A stretch of 64,000 bases of DNA, from assembly GCA_041665885.1 (NCBI GenBank), contig JBAYHY010000003.1, positions 4,529-68,528 on the forward strand, written 5' to 3'. The position numbers were made by a program, and so were the translations under genes. Source of the stretch: Minisyncoccota bacterium. GTDB taxonomy: Bacteria; Patescibacteriota; Minisyncoccia; Phycocordibacterales; UBA9973. Of the stretch, positions 28,079 to 37,707 are shown piece by piece. The notes below the pieces were generated by a model. The model saw nothing but the letters and a program-made list of their open reading frames with translations, was not told where the DNA came from and searched no databases. Each line of letters opens with the position of its first letter. Positions within the stretch are counted from its first letter, which is position 1.

Positions 28079-28475
28079 GTGTCAAAACAAAGAGAGATTT
28101 TTGTCGGTACAGATTTTTTGAAGCTTAAAAAATCTCTTCGAGTCTGAGACTCTCAGAGTCGAATGACTTGAAGTTCTCGCGCCGTCGTGCTCGAAACCCC
28201 TTAAAAATCTTTCTTTGTTTTTTTATTTGACTTTATTTTTCTATCTGCTATTATCTTAAATAACTGCACTTTCTGCAGTTTTTATATTGTCTAGCGAGAG
28301 ATATCGTGGAAAACTTTATGTTTTACATGATTCACGAGCGACGACAATACAAAGTTCCTTTATATTGCATTTTTGATTATTAGTTAATTTAACCCGCCCT
28401 AGGCGGACAAGTTAGTAATTAAGCCTTAGCAACTGGTTCTCGTATGCTGAGTTTTGGTTATTAATCAATAATATT

Positions 28476-29669
28476 ATGGCAGAAGAATTTAAGAGGGATA
28501 AGCCGCACATCAATGTCGGCACCATTGGTCACGTTGACCATGGAAAGACCACTTTGACCGCGGCAATTTTGCACGTGTTAAACATGGCAGGAAAGACAGT
28601 TCGTCTTCGAGGAGTTGATCAAATCGACAATGCCCCGGAAGAAAAAGCTCGTGGAATCACCATTAACATTTCTCACAACGAGTACGCTACTGACGCTCGT
28701 CACTATGCACACATTGATGCTCCAGGACACGCTGACTACATCAAGAACATGATCACCGGTGCCGCTCAAATGGACGGTGCTATTTTGGTGGTTGCGGCTA
28801 CTGATGGTGCGATGCCACAGACTCGCGAACACGTTCTTTTGGCAAAACAAGTTGGGGTGCCAAAGATGATTGTTTTCTTAAACAAGTGCGACATGGTTGA
28901 TGACAAAGACATGATTGACCTCGTGGAAGAAGAAATTCGTGAACTTCTAACCAAGCAAGGTTTTGATGGCGCAAATGCACCGGTGATTCGTGGTTCTGCC
29001 CTTAAGGCCCTCGAAGCAAAATCTCTTGATGATGAATGGGCAAAGAAAATTCTTGAATTGACCAACGCCCTCGACACTTACATTCCGGTTCCAGAACGTG
29101 ATACTACCAAACCATTCCTTATGCCAGTAGAAGACATCTTTTCTATCGAAGGCCGCGGGACAGTGGTTACCGGTAAAATCGAAAGAGGAGTAGTAAAGGT
29201 TGGAGAGGAAGTTGAAATTATCGGTATTAAACCAACTCAAAAGACAACAGTTACGGGTATCGAAATGTTTAACAAAAATCTTCAAGAAGGTATGGCCGGA
29301 GACAATGCCGGTATTCTTCTCCGAGGTTTAAAGAAGGAAGATATTACCCGTGGACAAGTTTTGGCAAAACCGGGAACCGTTACCCCGCACGACAATTTTA
29401 CTTGCGAAATCTACGTCTTGAAAAAAGAAGAAGGAGGACGACACACTCCATTCTTCAAGGGATATAAGCCTCAATTCTATATTCGAACTACGGACGTAAC
29501 AGGAGATGTTACTTTGGCGGACGGAGTAGAAATGGTTATGCCTGGTGATACCGTGAAGCTTACCGTTAAATTAGTCACTCCGGTTGCGCTTGAGGAATCA
29601 CAAAGATTCGCCGTTCGTGAAGGAGGAAAGACGGTCGGCGCAGGGGTAGTTACAAAAATTCTTGGTTAA
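28476..29669 (+). CDS. tuf: translation elongation factor Tu
   Basis: [26 protein letters not shown]; 397 aa. Confidence 0.97.
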   Translation: MAEEFKRDKPHINVGTIGHVDHGKTTLTAAILHVLNMAGKTVRLRGVDQIDNAPEEKARGITINISHNEYATDARHYAHIDAPGHADYIKNMITGAAQMDGAILVVAATDGAMPQTREHVLLAKQVGVPKMIVFLNKCDMVDDKDMIDLVEEEIRELLTKQGFDGANAPVIRGSALKALEAKSLDDEWAKKILELTNALDTYIPVPERDTTKPFLMPVEDIFSIEGRGTVVTGKIERGVVKVGEEVEIIGIKPTQKTTVTGIEMFNKNLQEGMAGDNAGILLRGLKKEDITRGQVLAKPGTVTPHDNFTCEIYVLKKEEGGRHTPFFKGYKPQFYIRTTDVTGDVTLADGVEMVMPGDTVKLTVKLVTPVALEESQRFAVREGGKTVGAGVVTKILG

Positions 29670-29713
29670 ATAAGAACGGTTCCTGTTCTTAAAAAGTCCT
29701 TTAAAACAAATTC

Positions 29714-30127
29714 ATGGCAACAACAGAAACAAAAATAAAAAAACCAAAATCAAAAGTGGTTAAAACCACCAAGACTGCCAAAGCACCGAAGGTTTCTTCC
29801 AAAAAAGAAAAGACTGAAGGTGGAGTGGTGCTTCGCATCCGAGTTCGAGCTTACGAGAGCAAAATCTTAGATGCATCTATTAAACAGATTATGGATACCG
29901 CTACTCGTTATGATGCTGTGATTGTAGGTCCCGTACCGTTACCAACCGAAATAAAAAAATATACAGTCAATCGTTCTCCTTTTATTTACAAAAATACGCG
30001 AGAACAATTTGAAATAAGAGTGCACAAACGATTGATCGACATAATAAATCCAAACGCGAAGACCGTGGAGGCTCTGACGAACCTTTCCTTGCCTTCCGGA
30101 GTTGATATTGACGTAAAAATGATGTAA
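29714..30127 (+). CDS. rpsJ: 30S ribosomal protein S10 with Lys-rich N-terminal extension
   Basis: Core RIRVRAYESKILDASIKQIMDTATRYDAVIVGPVPLPTEIKKYTVNRSPF matches S10; about 35 extra K-rich N-terminal residues. Confidence 0.9.
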   Translation: MATTETKIKKPKSKVVKTTKTAKAPKVSSKKEKTEGGVVLRIRVRAYESKILDASIKQIMDTATRYDAVIVGPVPLPTEIKKYTVNRSPFIYKNTREQFEIRVHKRLIDIINPNAKTVEALTNLSLPSGVDIDVKMM

Positions 30128-30131
30128 CTAT

Positions 30132-30746
30132 ATGAAATTTATACTGGGAACAAAAGAAAATATGGCTGAGTATTTTTCCGAAGACGGAACGGTTTTCCCG
30201 GTGACGATAATTTCCGTGCCAGGAATAACAGTTACCAGAATCTTTGAAAAAGTAAAAGACGGCTATGATTCTGTTCAAGTAGGTTTCGGTCCTCAGAAAA
30301 AGGAAAGAGTCAGCAAAGGAAGTGCCGGAGCGATGAAGGGCGCATTCTACAAAACCCTAAAAGAATTTAGATTAAAACCCAGTGATAAAATTGAAGCAAA
30401 AGAAGGAGATACGATTGAAGTGGGTGTCTTCGCGCCGGGAGATAAGATAATAGTATCAAGTGTTTCTAAGGGTAAAGGTTTCCAGGGGGTCGTAAAGCGA
30501 CATGGATTCTCTGGTGGCCCACGCACCCACGGACAAAAACATTCAGAAAGAGAGCCCGGAAGTATCGGTGGCGGTCTCCGAACCCACGTTCCAAAAGGGA
30601 TGCGCATGGCTGGACGTATGGGCTCTGATCGCATAACTCAGAAGAATTTGAAAGTTGTTTTTGTGGATAAAGAAAATAAATTGTTGCTTGTCGGAGGAGC
30701 GATAGCCGGGAAGCGTGGAACTTTAGTCGAAATAGTGCAGAGATAA
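30132..30746 (+). CDS. rplC: 50S ribosomal protein L3
   Basis: Order after S10 and L3-like sequence (GKGFQGVVKRHGFSGGPRTHGQ). Confidence 0.9.
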   Translation: MKFILGTKENMAEYFSEDGTVFPVTIISVPGITVTRIFEKVKDGYDSVQVGFGPQKKERVSKGSAGAMKGAFYKTLKEFRLKPSDKIEAKEGDTIEVGVFAPGDKIIVSSVSKGKGFQGVVKRHGFSGGPRTHGQKHSEREPGSIGGGLRTHVPKGMRMAGRMGSDRITQKNLKVVFVDKENKLLLVGGAIAGKRGTLVEIVQR

Positions 30747-30750
30747 TCAT

Positions 30751-31410
30751 ATGGAAGCAAAAATTTACAACCAAAAAGGAACGGACGCCGGAACAATTGC
30801 ATTGCCTGCAAAAGTTTTTGCTGCTAAATGGCGAGCAGATTTGGTACATCAGGTCGTGGAAGGGATGCGTAGCAACAAGCGTTCCGGTACGGCTGATACC
30901 AAAGATCGTGGGGAAGTGCGCGGTGGAGGGAAAAAGCCCTGGAAACAAAAAGGAACTGGACGAGCACGACATGGCTCCAGCAGGAGTCCTATTTGGGTTG
31001 GCGGTGGAGTCACCCATGGTCCATTATCTGAAAAGAACTATAAAAGAAAAATTTCAAAGAAAATGCGCGCTCAGGCTCTCTTCTCGGTACTTTCCAAAAA
31101 ATTGAAAGACGGGGAAATTCTTTTTGTGGATACTCTTGCCTTGTCCGATATCAAAACCAAGAACGCATTAAAAACAATGCAGAATTTAGCAAAAGTTTCC
31201 GGGTTTAAGCCCTTGGCAAATTCAAAAAAACCCAGAGTCTTGACTGCCTTATTTGAACGTAATGAAAAAGCAGAAAAAAGTTTCAGAAATTTGCCACAGC
31301 TAGAAATTGTTTTCCTGAAAAACTTAAACCCGCTCGACGTGCTCAATCACCAGTATCTTTTAATAGAAAATCCAGCCGAGGCAGTAAAATTTTTAGAATC
31401 AAGAGGATAA
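30751..31410 (+). CDS. rplD: 50S ribosomal protein L4
   Basis: GGGKKPWKQKGTGRARHGS motif; position in operon. Confidence 0.9.
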   Translation: MEAKIYNQKGTDAGTIALPAKVFAAKWRADLVHQVVEGMRSNKRSGTADTKDRGEVRGGGKKPWKQKGTGRARHGSSRSPIWVGGGVTHGPLSEKNYKRKISKKMRAQALFSVLSKKLKDGEILFVDTLALSDIKTKNALKTMQNLAKVSGFKPLANSKKPRVLTALFERNEKAEKSFRNLPQLEIVFLKNLNPLDVLNHQYLLIENPAEAVKFLESRG

Positions 31411-31414
31411 TTTT

Positions 31415-31687
31415 ATGAGCTCACAAATAATAAAAAATCCAAGAATCACCGAAAAAGCATCTTTTCACGCAGAACAAAATGTTTACACTTTTGACGTTAC
31501 AAAACCCGCCAATAAAACAGAAATAAAAAAAGCGGTTTTTGCTCTCTATAAAGTGCATCCGACAAGGGTAAATATTTTAAATATTCCAAGGAAAAAGATT
31601 CTGTCCAAGGGGAAGACCGGAATCCGTGGCGGGGGGCGCAAGGCCTATGTTTATTTAAAAAAAGGAGATAAATTAGAATTTGTATAA
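31415..31687 (+). CDS. rplW: 50S ribosomal protein L23
   Basis: ITEKASFHAEQNVYTFDVTKPANKTEIKKAV pattern; position. Confidence 0.9.
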   Translation: MSSQIIKNPRITEKASFHAEQNVYTFDVTKPANKTEIKKAVFALYKVHPTRVNILNIPRKKILSKGKTGIRGGGRKAYVYLKKGDKLEFV

Positions 31688-31715
31688 TTTTCCGGTTAGG
31701 CGCAAATGAATTTTT

Positions 31716-32555
31716 ATGAAAACATATAAACCAACAACTAAATCAAGGAGACAAATGACCAACGTGAACTATCGCGGGATTTTGACTGCGACTAATCCAG
31801 AGAAATCTCTTACTCATGGATTCAAACGTTCGGTCGGGAGAAATAGTCAAGGGCGAGTTACCATGATGCACAAGGGTGGTGGGCACAAGCGCCTGTATCG
31901 TGAAGTTGATTTTTTATATAACAAAAAAGAAATTCCAGCTAAAATAAAATCTATTGAATATGATCCAAATCGTAGCGCTTTTATCGGTCTCGCCGTTTAT
32001 AAGGACGGAGAAAAAAGATATGTAATATTGCCGAAATCTGCAAAACCCGGAGATTCTTTTATCGTATCTCCCAATGCGTCACTTTCTTCTCTTAACAGAT
32101 TGCCTCTCAAAAATATTCCGGTTGGTACATTTGTTTACAATATTGAGTTGAAGCCAATGGGGGGTTCGAAGGTTGGACGTTCTGCGGGAATTTTCGCTCA
32201 AGTCGTGGCGAATGCCGATGGTTATACGAATGTGAAAATGCCTTCAACAGAAATTCGTAAAATAAATGAAAATTGCTGGGCTTGCGTGGGCACCGTTTCC
32301 AACGAAGAACATCATTTGGAAAACTATGGTAAGGCGGGGAGAAGTCGTTGGAAAGGTATAAAACCAAAAGTTCGTGGAACAGCGATGAATCCGGTAGATC
32401 ACCCATATGGAGGAGGAGAGGGCAGACAGGGACGAGGAACCAAAAGACCGAAGACTCGTTGGGGGAAAGTTACTGGAGGAAAGAAATCTCGCAGACCAAA
32501 GAAATACTCAAACGTTTTCATTGTTTCTCGCCGAAAAACAGGGAAAAACAAATAA
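31716..32555 (+). CDS. rplB: 50S ribosomal protein L2
   Basis: HKGGGHKRLYR and GTAMNPVDHPYGGGEG motifs. Confidence 0.95.
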   Translation: MKTYKPTTKSRRQMTNVNYRGILTATNPEKSLTHGFKRSVGRNSQGRVTMMHKGGGHKRLYREVDFLYNKKEIPAKIKSIEYDPNRSAFIGLAVYKDGEKRYVILPKSAKPGDSFIVSPNASLSSLNRLPLKNIPVGTFVYNIELKPMGGSKVGRSAGIFAQVVANADGYTNVKMPSTEIRKINENCWACVGTVSNEEHHLENYGKAGRSRWKGIKPKVRGTAMNPVDHPYGGGEGRQGRGTKRPKTRWGKVTGGKKSRRPKKYSNVFIVSRRKTGKNK

Positions 32556-32666
32556 AAGCACAAAAATAGAAAAACCCAGGACTAAATCCTGGGTTTTTCT
32601 TTATCCACACTTCATGTTGATTTTTTTTACGATAATAGCATAATGTTTTCTAGAGGAGGACAGAAT

Positions 32667-32789
32667 ATGTACTCGAAACCGAAGAGAGAGAGAAGGCAGG
32701 ATCGCAACACTGAACTTCGTTGGGCCAAGAATGCTCGCAAGGACAGAAGGTCCAAAAAGTGGGCCCTCAAGAAGTGTAAGAAGCGCTAA
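32667..32789 (+). CDS. unannotated 40-aa highly basic peptide (MYSKPKRERRQDRNTELRWAKNARKDRRSKKWALKKCKKR), GC-rich
   Basis: Not in ORF track (below 60 aa). Strong SD (tctaGAGGAGGacagaat) 7 nt before ATG 32667, in-frame TAA at 32787..32789, followed by a GC hairpin. Lies in an otherwise unexplained ~650-nt gap between rplB and rpsS. Confidence 0.35.
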   Translation: MYSKPKRERRQDRNTELRWAKNARKDRRSKKWALKKCKKR

Positions 32790-32902
32790 TATTCTGTTTG
32801 TACCATCGTGGCGTGTCCGGGTCCAATCCCCGGCGCGCCCTTTTGTTTTAATGCTTGCTTTATTTTTTTGATATGTTATAATATGTAAAGAAGGAGGAGC
32901 AA

Positions 32903-33085
32903 ATGAGCAAAAAGCAGAAGGATGGGGCCATCCAAGGTGGTCACGAAGAAGGTACCTGCCGGCAATGCTGCCGGGCCGAAAGGAGTAGGTCGTTGCCCGT
33001 CGGAACGTTTCCGTTGAAGCGATCCTTCGGGACCAAGTGCGGGGGAGACCCTTGCACCTGTCAGTATCTCGAGCGTCCGCAGTAA
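32903..33085 (+). CDS. 60-aa Cys-rich small protein (CRQCC...C..GGDPCTC), GC-rich
   Basis: Strong SD AAGGAGGAG upstream, six Cys in clustered motifs, followed by terminator hairpin AGGGGTCCC-tat-GGGGCCCCT + T6 at ~33108..33137. Confidence 0.35.
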   Translation: MSKKQKDGAIQGGHEEGTCRQCCRAERSRSLPVGTFPLKRSFGTKCGGDPCTCQYLERPQ

Positions 33086-33211
33086 AATTTCACTGCGGGC
33101 ACAAAACACAAGGGGTCCCTATGGGGCCCCTTTTTTCTTCCTATTTGACATTTAAACTGAATTTGCTATTATAAAACCAAGCTCGTTAGGAGCTTTTTGT
33201 TTGCATAAATT

Positions 33212-33565
33212 ATGACAAGATCAATCAAAAAAGGATTAAATGTTGATGAACGGCTCTTAAAAAAGATTGCCGGTAAAAACCCGTTGCAGACTCCGATGGT
33301 GAAGACGTGGAAAAGAGCTTGTGTTATTTCTCCGGAAATGCTCGGTTTCACTTTTGGCGTTTATAATGGTAAAACCCACCTCGAAGTTTTAGTTACTGAA
33401 GACATGGTTGGACACAGACTCGGAGAATTTTCCCCAACCAAGAAATTTATTAAACACGGAGGTAAGATGCAGAAAGAGCTTGAACAAAAGAAAAAGGAGG
33501 CCGAAATAACTCAAGCCAAGTCCGCAACAGCTGCTGCCGCTGACGCAAAAGGCGCGAAAAAATAA
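33212..33565 (+). CDS. rpsS: 30S ribosomal protein S19 (with C-terminal extension)
   Basis: TRSIKKG...PMVKTWKRACVISPEMLGFTFGVYNGKTH matches S19. Confidence 0.9.
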   Translation: MTRSIKKGLNVDERLLKKIAGKNPLQTPMVKTWKRACVISPEMLGFTFGVYNGKTHLEVLVTEDMVGHRLGEFSPTKKFIKHGGKMQKELEQKKKEAEITQAKSATAAAADAKGAKK

Positions 33566-33592
33566 CTACGAGCTTAACGCCACAAAAATATT

Positions 33593-33991
33593 ATGAAGGC
33601 TTTTTTAAAAAATTACAGACAATCACCAAGAAAAGTTCGTCTAGTTGCCGGACTGATTAAAGGAAAAAGTGTAGCGGAAGCAATTGCCGAGCTTGATTTT
33701 TTGGCTAAGCGCGCAGGGCTACCAATCAAAAAACTTTTACTTTCAGCGGTAGCCAATGCGAAAAACATGGGGATAGAGGCGGAGAATTTATTTATAAAGG
33801 AATTGCGAGTGGACAAGGGCATTGTGATGAAAAGAATGATGCCGGCTGCGATGGGCACAGGGCACAGAATCAACAAACGCACCAGCCACTTGAATCTTCT
33901 TTTGGCGGAAAAGGTTGTAAAAAAAGTCGCAAAGACCCTAGGCCATAAACATACGGGCGAGGCAAAAGTAAAAAAAGTAGTAAAAAAATAA
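33593..33991 (+). CDS. rplV: 50S ribosomal protein L22
   Basis: NYRQSPRKVRLVAGLIKGKSVAEAIAELDF typical L22 N-terminus. Confidence 0.9.
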   Translation: MKAFLKNYRQSPRKVRLVAGLIKGKSVAEAIAELDFLAKRAGLPIKKLLLSAVANAKNMGIEAENLFIKELRVDKGIVMKRMMPAAMGTGHRINKRTSHLNLLLAEKVVKKVAKTLGHKHTGEAKVKKVVKK

Positions 33992-33992
33992 A

Positions 33993-34718
33993 ATGAGTAA
34001 AACAGTTCACCCATATGCGCATAGGTTGGTTATCCTCCGAGATTGGAAGTCTCGCTGGTTTGCTGATCCGAAAAAATATTTGACCTATTTGAAAGGCGAC
34101 GTTTTAATTCGCCAATATTTGGAAAAGAAATTACGTACGATGTATGTTTCTAGTATTGAAATAGAAAGAAGTCGCAAGGCTACTCGTTTCATTATTAAAA
34201 CTTCTCGTCCGGGCCTTGTCATCGGGAGGTCTGGAGAAGGGGCGACAAAACTGAAAGAAGATATTTTGAAAAAAATGGACAATTTGAAACTTCCAAGGCC
34301 GGAAGACTTTAAGTTGGAAATTATGGAAGTTTCAAACCCGGAGGCGGATGCCGCTATCGTGGCTTACATGATTGCTGAAGCATTAGAGAAAAGGATGCCT
34401 TATCGTCGAGTAATAAAACAAATTATTGAGAAGGTTATGCAGGCGCATGGAGTGGAGGGAGCAAGAATTGTCCTTTCTGGACGATTGGGCGGAGCGGAAA
34501 TCGCTCGTACGGAAGAGCTTAAGCGGGGAAGTATTCCGCTTCAGACTTTCCGCGCGGACGTAGATTTTAAAAGAGAGAGAGCAACTCTCTCATATGGGGT
34601 TGTCGGTATTAAGGTGTGGATTTACCGAGGGAAAATTTTTGCTGAAAAGAAAAACGCCAAGAGCGCTTATAGTACTGCTCCAGCAAATGAAAAGGAAAAT
34701 AATTTAAAGACCGATTAG
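33993..34718 (+). CDS. rpsC: 30S ribosomal protein S3
   Basis: KVHPYAHRLVILRDWKSRWF and KH-domain region. Confidence 0.95.
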   Translation: MSKTVHPYAHRLVILRDWKSRWFADPKKYLTYLKGDVLIRQYLEKKLRTMYVSSIEIERSRKATRFIIKTSRPGLVIGRSGEGATKLKEDILKKMDNLKLPRPEDFKLEIMEVSNPEADAAIVAYMIAEALEKRMPYRRVIKQIIEKVMQAHGVEGARIVLSGRLGGAEIARTEELKRGSIPLQTFRADVDFKRERATLSYGVVGIKVWIYRGKIFAEKKNAKSAYSTAPANEKENNLKTD

Positions 34719-34746
34719 TCAATCAATAAATTTATTATAAAATATT

Positions 34747-35172
34747 ATGTTAGTACCGAAAAAAGTAAAATTTAGAAAATGGCAGTCAGGACGCTCTAAT
34801 CTCAAGAAGCGAACAGCGGATACGCGTGGCATTAAGCTTTCTTTTGGTTCCTACGGACTAAAAGCCGAATCCCAGGCACGAGTGAAATCAAACCAAATTG
34901 AGGCTGCCAGAAAAGTAATTTCCCGTACCCTTACCAAGACTGGTAAATATTGGGTTCGTATTTTTCCGGATCGCCCCTATACAGCTAAAGCCGCAGAGGT
35001 AGGCATGGGAAAAGGAAAAGGAGACCCGCAAGGGTATTGTTTTGATGTTCTTCCTGGACGTATTATTTTTGAAGTAGACGGAGCCGATGAAAAAGTTTCT
35101 CATGAAGCCCTAAGAAAAGCTGGAAGTAAATTGCCACTCAAAACCAGAATTGTCGGAAGAGTAAACGAATAA
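34747..35172 (+). CDS. rplP: 50S ribosomal protein L16
   Basis: MLVPKKVKFRKWQSGR...GIKLSFGSYGLKA. Confidence 0.95.
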   Translation: MLVPKKVKFRKWQSGRSNLKKRTADTRGIKLSFGSYGLKAESQARVKSNQIEAARKVISRTLTKTGKYWVRIFPDRPYTAKAAEVGMGKGKGDPQGYCFDVLPGRIIFEVDGADEKVSHEALRKAGSKLPLKTRIVGRVNE

Positions 35173-35181
35173 GATTATTTT

Positions 35182-35406
35182 ATGGCCAAAGCAAAGAAAC
35201 AAAATTATAAAGAAATGACCGGCGGAGAACTCGAAAAAGAATTGGTTGTTCTGCGAGAGAGCTTGCGGGGTATCCATTTCAAATCAGAGGGGGCGAGGTC
35301 AAAAAACGTCAAGGAACAAGCTACCCTAAAAAAGCAAGTTGCCAGGATTTTGACAGAAATAAATCATGCCAAAGGTCAGGTAAGCAAGAATATTAAAAAA
35401 CAATAA
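35182..35406 (+). CDS. rpmC: 50S ribosomal protein L29
   Basis: Size, position and [13 protein letters not shown] coiled-coil typical of L29. Confidence 0.85.
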   Translation: MAKAKKQNYKEMTGGELEKELVVLRESLRGIHFKSEGARSKNVKEQATLKKQVARILTEINHAKGQVSKNIKKQ

Positions 35407-35407
35407 T

Positions 35408-35674
35408 ATGGCAAAGAAAATACAAGAAAAGAATACAGAAAATAAAGGAAAATTTCTAAAAGGAGTGGTTGTTTCCGATAAGATGGACAAGACCATTGTT
35501 GTTTCTGTTTCCAGGTTTGTGAAGCACCCCCTTTACGGGAAATATTATCAAATCAACAAAAAATACAAAGCACATGACGAAGGGAATACTTATAAAGTTG
35601 GGGAAAAAGTAGAAATAGTGGAAACCAAGCCCATTTCTAAAGACAAAAAATTTAAAGTAGTAGAAAAACAATAA
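35408..35674 (+). CDS. rpsQ: 30S ribosomal protein S17
   Basis: [29 protein letters not shown] pattern. Confidence 0.9.
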   Translation: MAKKIQEKNTENKGKFLKGVVVSDKMDKTIVVSVSRFVKHPLYGKYYQINKKYKAHDEGNTYKVGEKVEIVETKPISKDKKFKVVEKQ

Positions 35675-35683
35675 TTTAATTTT

Positions 35684-36055
35684 ATGATTCAAAATGAAAC
35701 CCTAGTAAAAATAACAGACAATGCCGGAGGCACCGTGGGAAAGGTGTTCAAAATTTTAGGCTCCTCAAAAAAGAGATATGCAACTCTCGGTGAACTTGTT
35801 ATTATTTCCGTGAAGGTTGCTTCTCCGAGAAAAATGGTGAAAAAGAAAGACGTGCATCAGGCCGTCGTCGTGCGTACTCGCGGGGCTTATAGGCGAAAAG
35901 ACGGTTCATATATTCGTTTTGATGATAATGCCGTGGTGCTTCTCGAAAAAGGGAAGAAGGATCCAAAAGCCGGACGTATCTTCGGACCGATTCCACGAGA
36001 GCTTGCGGAAAAAGGGTTTCAAAAGATAATTTCTTTGGCTCAAGAAGTGATTTAA
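35684..36055 (+). CDS. rplN: 50S ribosomal protein L14
   Basis: MIQNETLVKITDNAGG...LGELVIISVK. Confidence 0.95.
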   Translation: MIQNETLVKITDNAGGTVGKVFKILGSSKKRYATLGELVIISVKVASPRKMVKKKDVHQAVVVRTRGAYRRKDGSYIRFDDNAVVLLEKGKKDPKAGRIFGPIPRELAEKGFQKIISLAQEVI

Positions 36056-36073
36056 TCTTTTAATATAATAAAT

Positions 36074-36292
36074 ATGAAATTAAAAAAAGGAGACAATGTA
36101 AAAATAATTACTGGAAAGGACAAAGGGAAGTCCGGGAAAATAGTGCGTGCATTGCCGAAAATGAATAAAGTTATTGTCGAGGGGCTGAACATGGCAAAGA
36201 AACACCAGCGTCCAAGAAAGACGGGGGAGAAGGGCACAATGATGAGTGTCGCCATGCCGATCCACGTTTCCAATGTTAAAAAAGCAGATTAA
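36074..36292 (+). CDS. rplX: 50S ribosomal protein L24
   Basis: MKLKKGDNVKIITGKDKGKSGKIV KOW motif. Confidence 0.9.
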   Translation: MKLKKGDNVKIITGKDKGKSGKIVRALPKMNKVIVEGLNMAKKHQRPRKTGEKGTMMSVAMPIHVSNVKKAD

Positions 36293-36303
36293 CGATATAT
36301 TTT

Positions 36304-36852
36304 ATGAAACATTTAACCGTAAAAGAAAAAGAGATAGAGGCCTTTTCAAAAATGAAAGATGTTTTTCATTTTAAAAATGCGATGGCGGCCCCGAAGCTCA
36401 AAAAAGTAGTAATCAATGTCGGCACCGGTACTGCCATGAAGAAAGACAAGAATAAGAATGATGCTATTGCTGATAGAATTGCAAAAATCTCCGGACAAAG
36501 GGCAGCTCTCCGAGGCGCCAAGCAGTCTATTTCTTCTTTCAAAATCCGCCAAGGAGATCCTGTCGGAATAGTGGTTACCCTCCGTGGCAAGAGAATGTTT
36601 GCTTTCTTGGAAAAATTAATTAACGTAGCTCTTCCACGCACGAAGGACTTTCGTGGGATTAACCGCACTGCCGTGGATGATATCGGAAATTTAACTTTGG
36701 GCATCAAAGAACACACCATTTTCCCGGAAACAGCCGATGAAGATATTCGCGACGTTTTCGGTTTGTCCATCACCCTTGTTTCCACCGCCAAAAACAAAAA
36801 AGAAGGCACCGCCTTCTTTGAAATCCTCGGTATTCCTTTTAAAAAGGAATAA
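36304..36852 (+). CDS. rplE: 50S ribosomal protein L5
   Basis: L5 core (PKLKKVVINVG ... FAFLEKLINVALPRTKDFRG). Confidence 0.95.
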   Translation: MKHLTVKEKEIEAFSKMKDVFHFKNAMAAPKLKKVVINVGTGTAMKKDKNKNDAIADRIAKISGQRAALRGAKQSISSFKIRQGDPVGIVVTLRGKRMFAFLEKLINVALPRTKDFRGINRTAVDDIGNLTLGIKEHTIFPETADEDIRDVFGLSITLVSTAKNKKEGTAFFEILGIPFKKE

Positions 36853-36861
36853 AACTATCTA

Positions 36862-36889
36862 TTGACTTTTTGTGTAAATATGCTATCAT
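36862..36889 (+). promoter_or_regulatory. sigma70-like promoter (TTGACT-16 nt-TATCAT) for the DGR target gene
   Basis: Read directly; near-consensus -35 and -10, placed ~35 nt before the conserved leader hairpin. Confidence 0.45.
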
Positions 36890-36923
36890 TTTAAGATAGT
36901 TCTTTAAAATCACTTGCGAAAAT

Positions 36924-37006
36924 GGTCATAGCCAAAAGGTGCTTAATTTTAGGCATTTCCTGGCTATGACCAACGATGGTCAAGTCCCCAACTCACGGGC
37001 AGTGAG
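36924..37006 (+). ncRNA. conserved structured 5' leader element (copy B) of the DGR target gene
   Basis: Outer stem GGTCATAGCC / GGCTATGACC (perfect 10 bp), inner hairpin GTGCTTA-attt-TAGGCAT, downstream hairpin CTCAC-gggca-GTGAG. C-to-T in the 5' arm relative to copy A is matched by G-to-A in the 3' arm. Confidence 0.55.
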
Positions 37007-37047
37007 AAACCTCTCGGCAGGAAGTCGAGAAGAAAGGCAAGGGCAAC

Positions 37048-37656
37048 ATGAAATACGGAGAATTGAATCTCGGTCAGATCGAAGCGGTTGTAAACAAACT
37101 CGGCGGCATGGAGGGAGTCAACCGATTCCTCCGAGATGAACTGATGGTTTCTGAACCAGCTCACCGTTTTCGTGTGGAGAATGGTGTCATCTACCTGTCC
37201 GTCACTTCCGACGGTACCACTGGCCCAGAGTGGACCAAGCGTCTCGAGAAGAAAGGGTATCGTCTCGGCGACTACGCCAAGCAGATCCTTTGCTCGAAGG
37301 ACTTCAAGCCCACCAAGGACGTCACCACCAAGATTGCTATCCTGAAAGGGACGCTCTTCTCGGACGAAGACCGCATCACAGAGAAGATTCGCACCGAAGC
37401 CGCCAAGCGGAACCTCACGAAACCGAACGCCGAAGTGGCTTGCCTCATCCGGGAGAACTTCTCGGACGAAGAGCTCGAAGCCATGGGTCTCATTTGGGTC
37501 GTCATCATGCACGAACCCATCAAGGATTCCGATGGCGACCCGCGTCTCCTCGACGCGGGCCGCGATGTCGAGGGCGGGTGGCTCGACGCCAATTACGACT
37601 ACCCTGTCAGCAGGTGGGCTCGTGACGATGGTTTCGCTTTCGTTTCGCAAGCGTAG
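37048..37656 (+). CDS. DGR target (variable) protein, GC-rich; C-terminal 42 codons form the variable repeat
   Basis: C-terminus DSDGDPRLLDAGRDVEGGWLDANYDYPVSRWARDDGFAFVSQA is the diversified counterpart of the Asn-rich TR-encoded peptide. NxxNPDNRxNxxGFR-like ending resembles C-type-lectin-fold DGR variable regions. Confidence 0.85.
   Translation: MKYGELNLGQIEAVVNKLGGMEGVNRFLRDELMVSEPAHRFRVENGVIYLSVTSDGTTGPEWTKRLEKKGYRLGDYAKQILCSKDFKPTKDVTTKIAILKGTLFSDEDRITEKIRTEAAKRNLTKPNAEVACLIRENFSDEELEAMGLIWVVIMHEPIKDSDGDPRLLDAGRDVEGGWLDANYDYPVSRWARDDGFAFVSQA
37527..37651 (+). repeat. DGR variable repeat (VR) at the 3' end of the target gene
   Basis: 125 nt aligned base-for-base with TR 37989..38113: 110 identities, 15 mismatches, every mismatch an A in TR (e.g. 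aac/gac, aat/cgt, aac/ggc, gac/gtc, aac/tac, aat/gct). Identical ~40-nt 3' segment ggtttcgctttcgtttcgcaag (IMH-like). Confidence 0.9.
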
Positions 37657-37707
37657 TACTCTAAACTGGGTCACTGTGGTCTTTTAGACACTTTGATCTT
37701 TGCATCC

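Noticed and set aside
28079-28475. Possible regulatory RNA in the 400-nt fusA-tuf spacer (palindrome tctgagactctcaga)
   Set aside because: Only a short palindrome and AT-rich promoter-like sequence; insufficient structure or conservation evidence to call a feature.
32876-33109. 77-aa minus-strand ORF antisense to the Cys-rich small ORF
   Set aside because: Generated by the local GC-richness. The plus-strand ORFs have strong Shine-Dalgarno sequences and terminators; the minus one has neither.
36964-37674. 236-aa ORF on the minus strand antisense to the DGR target gene
   Set aside because: It lies entirely within a GC-rich region where stop codons are rare on all frames. The plus-strand ORF has a promoter and RBS, a paralog elsewhere, and the VR in its frame; the antisense ORF has none of these.
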